Assembly (NCBI GenBank): GCA_963842085.1
Contig: CAWJET010000001.1
Location: forward strand, 288,001-352,000
Reading direction: 5' to 3'
Length of the DNA: 64,000 bases
From: an uncultured delta proteobacterium
GTDB taxonomy: Bacteria > Desulfobacterota > Binatia > Binatales > Binataceae
A program made the position numbers and the translations under genes. Under the pieces are notes generated by a model that was not told where the DNA came from, ran no database searches, and saw only the letters and a program-made list of their open reading frames with translations. This document shows positions 59,560 to 64,000 of this stretch, in pieces. Each line of letters opens with the position of its first letter. Position 1 is the first letter of the stretch.

Positions 59560-60338
59560 ACACGACTCAGAAACTGCTAAACGGAAAGTTCTCGCTCGAG
59601 ATGCAGGTTTACGGCAGCGGCGAGCCGCTCCTGTTCATGCACGGCGCCGGCGGCCTGATGCCGGTCGAGCCGTTCCTGGAGGAGCTGGGCAAGAACTTCA
59701 AAGTCTATGCGCCGCAATTTCCCGGCTACGGCGATTCCACCGGCAACGAGTATATCGACGACGTCGCCGACGCGGTGCTGTTCTATCACGAACTGATGGA
59801 TGAACTCGGCATCCCGACCGCCAACATCGTCGGTCATTCGATGGGCGGGATGCTGGCGGCCGAGGTCGCGGCGTTCGATATTCATCGCGCGAAGAAGCTG
59901 GTGCTGATAGCGCCGGCCGGTTTCTGGATCGACGAAGTGCCGATCCCCGACCTGTTCGCGGCGCAGCTTACCGAGATTGCGCCGCTGCTGTTCCACGATC
60001 CCAGCTCGCCGGCGGCGCAAATGATGACCGCGATACCGACGGACTTCAAAGCGCTGGAGACGATGTACGTCGAGCGCGTGAAGCGGCTGGCGACGGCGAG
60101 CAAATTCCTGTGGCCGATCCCGGACCGCGGGCTGAAGAAGCGCGCGTATCGGATTGCGGCGCCGACCCTGCTGCTGTGGGGCGACGACGACAAGCTGATC
60201 CCGGCGGCCTACGCGAAGGAGTTTACGAGCCGGATCAAGAACAGCAAGCTCGAGCTGATCAAGAACGCCGGGCACATGGTGATGTACGAGCAGCAGGAGG
60301 CGCTGGTCGGCGCGATCCGAAAATTTCTGAAGAGCTGA
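59556..60338 (+). CDS. Alpha/beta hydrolase
   Basis: ATGA overlap with LLM gene; HGAGG, GHSMGG, WGDDD, AGH. Confidence 0.9.
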   Translation: MNTTQKLLNGKFSLEMQVYGSGEPLLFMHGAGGLMPVEPFLEELGKNFKVYAPQFPGYGDSTGNEYIDDVADAVLFYHELMDELGIPTANIVGHSMGGMLAAEVAAFDIHRAKKLVLIAPAGFWIDEVPIPDLFAAQLTEIAPLLFHDPSSPAAQMMTAIPTDFKALETMYVERVKRLATASKFLWPIPDRGLKKRAYRIAAPTLLLWGDDDKLIPAAYAKEFTSRIKNSKLELIKNAGHMVMYEQQEALVGAIRKFLKS

Positions 60339-60360
60339 GACGAACACAACAGATCGCACC

Positions 60361-60395
60361 ACGGCCGGAGCGTCGATGCTCCGGCCGTTTTTTTT
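60361..60395 (+). terminator. Intrinsic terminator
   Basis: ACGGCCGGAGC-gtcgat-GCTCCGGCCGT followed by a T run. Confidence 0.88.
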
Positions 60396-60437
60396 CGCGG
60401 CTTGAATCTGAATGCGGACGCGACTAGCTTCCGGCGC

Positions 60438-60860
60438 ATGGCAAATGAAGCGGCGCGCACACCGCGTGGAACTTTTCTCACCGTGATGACGGTGCTGTTT
60501 GTGGTGCTCGCGCTCTCGGATTTCACCAAGGCGATCCAGTTTGCCCGCCACCCTGCGCTCCTCGGGCTGGTGGTCTTCGGTCACCGGCTCCACGGCATCG
60601 CGCACAACCTCGTGCTGGGTCCGCTGTTCGGCGCAGTGCTTCTGTTCTTCGCGTACGGCATCTGGAATTTGCGAAAGTGGGTGCTGCCGCTTTCGATCGT
60701 TTACGCGTTCTACGTCCCCTACAACCTGGTGCTGTTCTGGTACACGCAGCCGCCGGGGCCGCGACCGATTGGCGCCATCGTGGGCTATCTCGCAATCGCG
60801 CTGACGGGGTCGATCGGCACCGCGATCTATCTTGCCTACCATCGCGAGCGGCTCACCTGA
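60438..60860 (+). CDS. Four-TM hypothetical membrane protein
   Basis: Four hydrophobic segments, GIW..RKW motif. Confidence 0.78.
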   Translation: MANEAARTPRGTFLTVMTVLFVVLALSDFTKAIQFARHPALLGLVVFGHRLHGIAHNLVLGPLFGAVLLFFAYGIWNLRKWVLPLSIVYAFYVPYNLVLFWYTQPPGPRPIGAIVGYLAIALTGSIGTAIYLAYHRERLT

Positions 60861-60887
60861 CGCCGCGCGCGCGTGCGCGTTGCGTGC

Positions 60888-60916
60888 TTGACGGCGGCGG
60901 CGCACAGTTTTAAATT
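60888..60916 (+). promoter_or_regulatory. Sigma70-type promoter, near-leaderless GST mRNA
   Basis: TTGACG-17-TAAATT, ending 9 nt before ATG; no SD. Confidence 0.55.
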
Positions 60917-60925
60917 GCAACCACT

Positions 60926-61537
60926 ATGAAAATCTACGAATTCACCCAGGCTCCGAATCCACGCCGCGTGCGCGTCTTTCTCGCGGAAAAAGGCATCACC
61001 AACATCCCCCTGGTGCAGGTCAACATCGCGGCCGGCGACAATCGCAAGCCCGACTTCCTGAAAATCAATCCGATGGGCGGGCTACCGGTGCTCGAACTCG
61101 ACGACGGCACCCATATCGCGGAGTCGGTTGCGATTTGCCGCTACTTCGAGGAGACCAAGCCCGAGCCGCGGCTGATGGGCGTGGACGCCAAGGACAAGGC
61201 GGTGGTCGAGATGTGGAACCGGCGGATGGAGTTCGAGATATTGTCGATGACGGCGAGCGCGTTCCGCAACACCAGCGACTTTTTCAAGGGGCGCATCCCG
61301 CAGGTCAAGGAATACGGCGAGGTTTGCCGCAACGCCGCAGTCAAACGGATGGAATGGCTCGACACGGTGCTGGCCGACCGCGAATTCATCGCGGGACCGC
61401 GCTACACGATTGCGGATATCACGGCGCTGATTGGAATTGATTTCGGGCGGACGACCGGGATCAAGATCCAGGAGAATCAGAAGAACCTCGCGCGATGGCA
61501 TCAGGCGGTGTCGAGCCGTCCAAGCGCGAAGGCGTAA
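60926..61537 (+). CDS. Glutathione S-transferase family protein
   Basis: APNPRRV, NPMGGLPVL, ESVAICRY, TIADI. Confidence 0.93.
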   Translation: MKIYEFTQAPNPRRVRVFLAEKGITNIPLVQVNIAAGDNRKPDFLKINPMGGLPVLELDDGTHIAESVAICRYFEETKPEPRLMGVDAKDKAVVEMWNRRMEFEILSMTASAFRNTSDFFKGRIPQVKEYGEVCRNAAVKRMEWLDTVLADREFIAGPRYTIADITALIGIDFGRTTGIKIQENQKNLARWHQAVSSRPSAKA

Positions 61538-61597
61538 GGTTGGGACCGCTTCGCGATTTCAGAACCGGTACCGGCTTCGCTGGCGCGAAGCTGTCCG

Positions 61598-61642
61598 AGA
61601 TCCTTCCATCCGCTCGCGTTGCTCGCTTCGGTCAGGATGACG
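61598..61642. repeat. Family C half repeat (GATCCTTC...TCAGGATGAC)
   Basis: Similar to the 3' arm of 42748-42834; lies between convergent genes. Confidence 0.5.
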
Positions 61643-61666
61643 GGTACTGCCGGCAGTGTTGACCGT

Positions 61667-62137
61667 TCAGCGCGAGACCGACGTCGCGACAGCGATCGCC
61701 GGCAGCGAATATATCGGCGTGTACATCTGGTAGCACATCAGGTAAACGATCACGCCGGTAACCGACACGTACATCCAGAGCGGCCAGGTCCATCGCGCGA
61801 TTCGCCGATGACGGCGGAAGCTGCCGCGGAGCGCGAACACGATAGTCGCGATCGCGAGCGGCACGATCACGCCGGCCAGAATTACGTGCGGAATCAGAAT
61901 CGCGAAGTACAGCGAACGGACCCATCCTTGGCCGCTGAAGCGCACGTTGCCGACGTTGTAGTGATAGACGAGATACGAGGTCAGGAAGACGGCGGAAAAG
62001 CCCACCGCGCTGAGCATGCATGCGCGATGCGCCCGCACCCAGCCATTTTTTATGAAGATGAATCCCGCCAGCAGCAGGACGGTGGCGCATCCGTTGAGGA
62101 TTGCGTTGAGTGGCGCCAGCGAATGATAGGCATCCAA
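61667..62137 (-). CDS. DUF420 membrane protein
   Basis: LNAILN, HRACM, FLTSYLVYH, HRRIARWTWPLWMYVSVTG. Confidence 0.92.
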   Translation of the reverse strand: MDAYHSLAPLNAILNGCATVLLLAGFIFIKNGWVRAHRACMLSAVGFSAVFLTSYLVYHYNVGNVRFSGQGWVRSLYFAILIPHVILAGVIVPLAIATIVFALRGSFRRHRRIARWTWPLWMYVSVTGVIVYLMCYQMYTPIYSLPAIAVATSVSR

Positions 62138-62152
62138 CAGATTGCCAAGCGC

Positions 62153-62560
62153 TCAAAGCTGCGGAATCGGAGCCTGCGCTGGAGCGGGCGGCGCGACCGG
62201 ATTCGCACCCATCTCGGCGGGGTTCGTCACCTTGATCTTGTGATCGTACCTAGTCCACATGCGCGTCGTCAGATCGGGCAGCAGCATGAAGCACAGAAAG
62301 GTGACGAGTAGCACCGGGGTTAGTGCGATGATCGCCAGCGCGCGGCGCTCCATCGCCAGATGCATGAAGTACATCGCCACCAGCACGGCCTTGGCCCACG
62401 CCAGCGCAACGAGCAGGCCGACCTTGGGGATTTGCGGGAGACCCATGGCGTAGACGCCCAGCTCGATCGCGGTCAGGATCGCCAGGTAAATGAAGACCGC
62501 GATGTAATTCGGCGCGCTATGTTCGGCTTGGTGTCCTGCTATCGCAGCTTGGGTCGTCAT
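62153..62560 (-). CDS. Cytochrome c oxidase subunit IV family protein
   Basis: YIAVF..LAILTAIE, KAVLVAMYFMHL. Confidence 0.88.
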   Translation of the reverse strand: MTTQAAIAGHQAEHSAPNYIAVFIYLAILTAIELGVYAMGLPQIPKVGLLVALAWAKAVLVAMYFMHLAMERRALAIIALTPVLLVTFLCFMLLPDLTTRMWTRYDHKIKVTNPAEMGANPVAPPAPAQAPIPQL

Positions 62561-62605
62561 GTTTGAATCTCGTCTCCAGCCCGTGGTCGTTGAAAAAGCT
62601 GCCGC

Positions 62606-63238
62606 CTAAATCAGGTAGATGAAGGTGAAGATCAGGATCCAGACCAGGTCGACGAAGTGCCAGTACAGCCCCGCGATCTCGACCAGCCCGGCCTTGGCCT
62701 GCGGTATCTTGCCCATCATGCCGCGAATCAGCAGCACGCTGTTGTACACCACGCCGCCGAAAACGTGACAGCCGTGGAAGCCGGTCAGGATGAAGAAGGT
62801 CGCGTCGAACAGGTCGCGCCTGATCGACATCCCTTTTTCCGTGAGCAGGTGATGCCACTCGAACGCCTGCATGCCAAGGAACAGGAGGCCGCCGAGAACG
62901 GTCAGCGCCATGAAGGTCTGGAACTTGGACTGGTTGCCGTGCTGGACGCCGTCGAGCGACTCGACCATCGTGACGCTCGAGCAGATCAGGATGAAGGTCA
63001 TGATGGCGGTGGTGGTGATGCCGAGGTAGTCGGCGGGCGTGGGCCAGTTGGGATTGTTGATGCGCAGCGCGCCGTAGGCAGCGATGCCGGCGCCGAAGGT
63101 CATCGCGTCGCCGGCCAGGAACGTCCACATCCCGAGCTTGCCGAGATTACCCGGGGTAAGCGACGGTTCCAGCTGATCGGCATGCACCGCGTCGTGATCG
63201 TGGGTCTCTACTGCAGCAGCCTCGCTCATCGGGACCAT
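62606..63238 (-). CDS. Cytochrome c oxidase subunit III family protein
   Basis: KLGMWTFL, TGFHGCHV, GLYWHFVDLVW. Confidence 0.92.
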   Translation of the reverse strand: MVPMSEAAAVETHDHDAVHADQLEPSLTPGNLGKLGMWTFLAGDAMTFGAGIAAYGALRINNPNWPTPADYLGITTTAIMTFILICSSVTMVESLDGVQHGNQSKFQTFMALTVLGGLLFLGMQAFEWHHLLTEKGMSIRRDLFDATFFILTGFHGCHVFGGVVYNSVLLIRGMMGKIPQAKAGLVEIAGLYWHFVDLVWILIFTFIYLI

Positions 63239-63297
63239 CCTTTTCGGGGCAAATGGCTATAGCCAGTCTTCATTTGAAATGACTACCTCGTCACAGA

Positions 63298-63564
63298 TCA
63301 GCGCTTGGTGACCGCGGGCGGAGTGGCGTCTCGATCGTGGCGGACAGAGCGGCGGTAGGCGAAGTAAGTAATCCCGCCGATTGCGGCAAAGGCAGCGTAG
63401 GGGGAAGACAGCATGAACAGCACGCTGGCCCTGTAGGCGTGGGCCGCGTGACTGTCGTCCGACAGCCCGCACGTCGCGCACGCGTTCGCGAGCCGCGGGG
63501 CCGCCGCAACGATCGCAGTCACAATAGTCATTGCGGCTGCCTTGAGCTTTGCACCTTTACTCAT
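63298..63564 (-). CDS. Small membrane protein with CxxC after signal peptide
   Basis: GGGGAG SD; ANA-CATC, one TM helix with PY motif; inside the oxidase cluster. Confidence 0.75.
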   Translation of the reverse strand: MSKGAKLKAAAMTIVTAIVAAAPRLANACATCGLSDDSHAAHAYRASVLFMLSSPYAAFAAIGGITYFAYRRSVRHDRDATPPAVTKR

Positions 63565-63587
63565 CAGTTTCTCCCCGCAGGCGAACA

Positions 63588-64000
63588 CTACATTAGATAT
63601 ACCAGGCCAAACAGGAGCGGCCAGATCGCGCAGACGAAATACCAGTACACGGCGCATAGCTCAACGCCGTGGGCGTTGCGAGCGTTGTATCTGCCGCTCT
63701 GCGCAAGCATCGCCACGCACGCGAGCCAAATGACCCCGGCGGTCACGTGCGCGCCGTGGCATCCGATCAAGACATAAAAGGTGCCACCGTACGTGCCGCT
63801 GGAGAGCTTGAGGCCGTGCGCGACCAATCGCACCCATTCGCTGCCCTGCACGGCGAGAAACGTCACGCCGAGCACCAGCGTCGCCAGCAGATAACGGCGC
63901 ATCAGGCGTTGGCGGCTGCGATGGACCGCACGCAGCGCGAGCGTCATCGTGACGGCGCTCGATAGCAGGACGAAGGTGTTCACCCAGGTGACTTCAATCG
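63588..64000 (-). CDS. Second cytochrome c oxidase subunit III-like protein, 5' partial
   Basis: NTFVLLSS, Q..EW, IGCHGAHV, YWYFV; frame open to window end. Confidence 0.88.
   Translation of the reverse strand, partial: IEVTWVNTFVLLSSAVTMTLALRAVHRSRQRLMRRYLLATLVLGVTFLAVQGSEWVRLVAHGLKLSSGTYGGTFYVLIGCHGAHVTAGVIWLACVAMLAQSGRYNARNAHGVELCAVYWYFVCAIWPLLFGLVYLM

Overview
64 kb of high-GC bacterial chromosome. The gene complement (many LLM, amidohydrolase and SDR enzymes, M16 peptidase pair, mfd-surA-pdxA-uvrA, split cytochrome c oxidase subunit III cluster) suggests a soil deltaproteobacterial/Binatota-like organism; that placement is inference. Most of the window is housekeeping or catabolic. I saw no rRNA, tRNA, CRISPR array, integrase or transposase. 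The best observations lie outside the ORF track. (1) A complete promoter, 15-aa leader peptide, antiterminator and terminator attenuator sits upstream of an MFS transporter (22673-22842). (2) A stand-alone ~1300-aa protein has a degenerate Mrr-like nuclease, TPR, GreA/B-C and PIN architecture, a candidate conflict/defence protein. (3) A compact cobalamin riboswitch has its best start codon out of frame with the lone downstream tonB. (4) Two tandem secreted PDZ-only paralogues share a hydrophobic insert. (5) A decayed tad pilus fragment lies between direct repeats. (6) A small nucleoid-protein-like gene carries a perfect 22-bp upstream palindrome. (7) Several dispersed palindromic repeat families occur, two of them inside reading frames. 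Family assignments come from motif recognition by eye; no searches were run.
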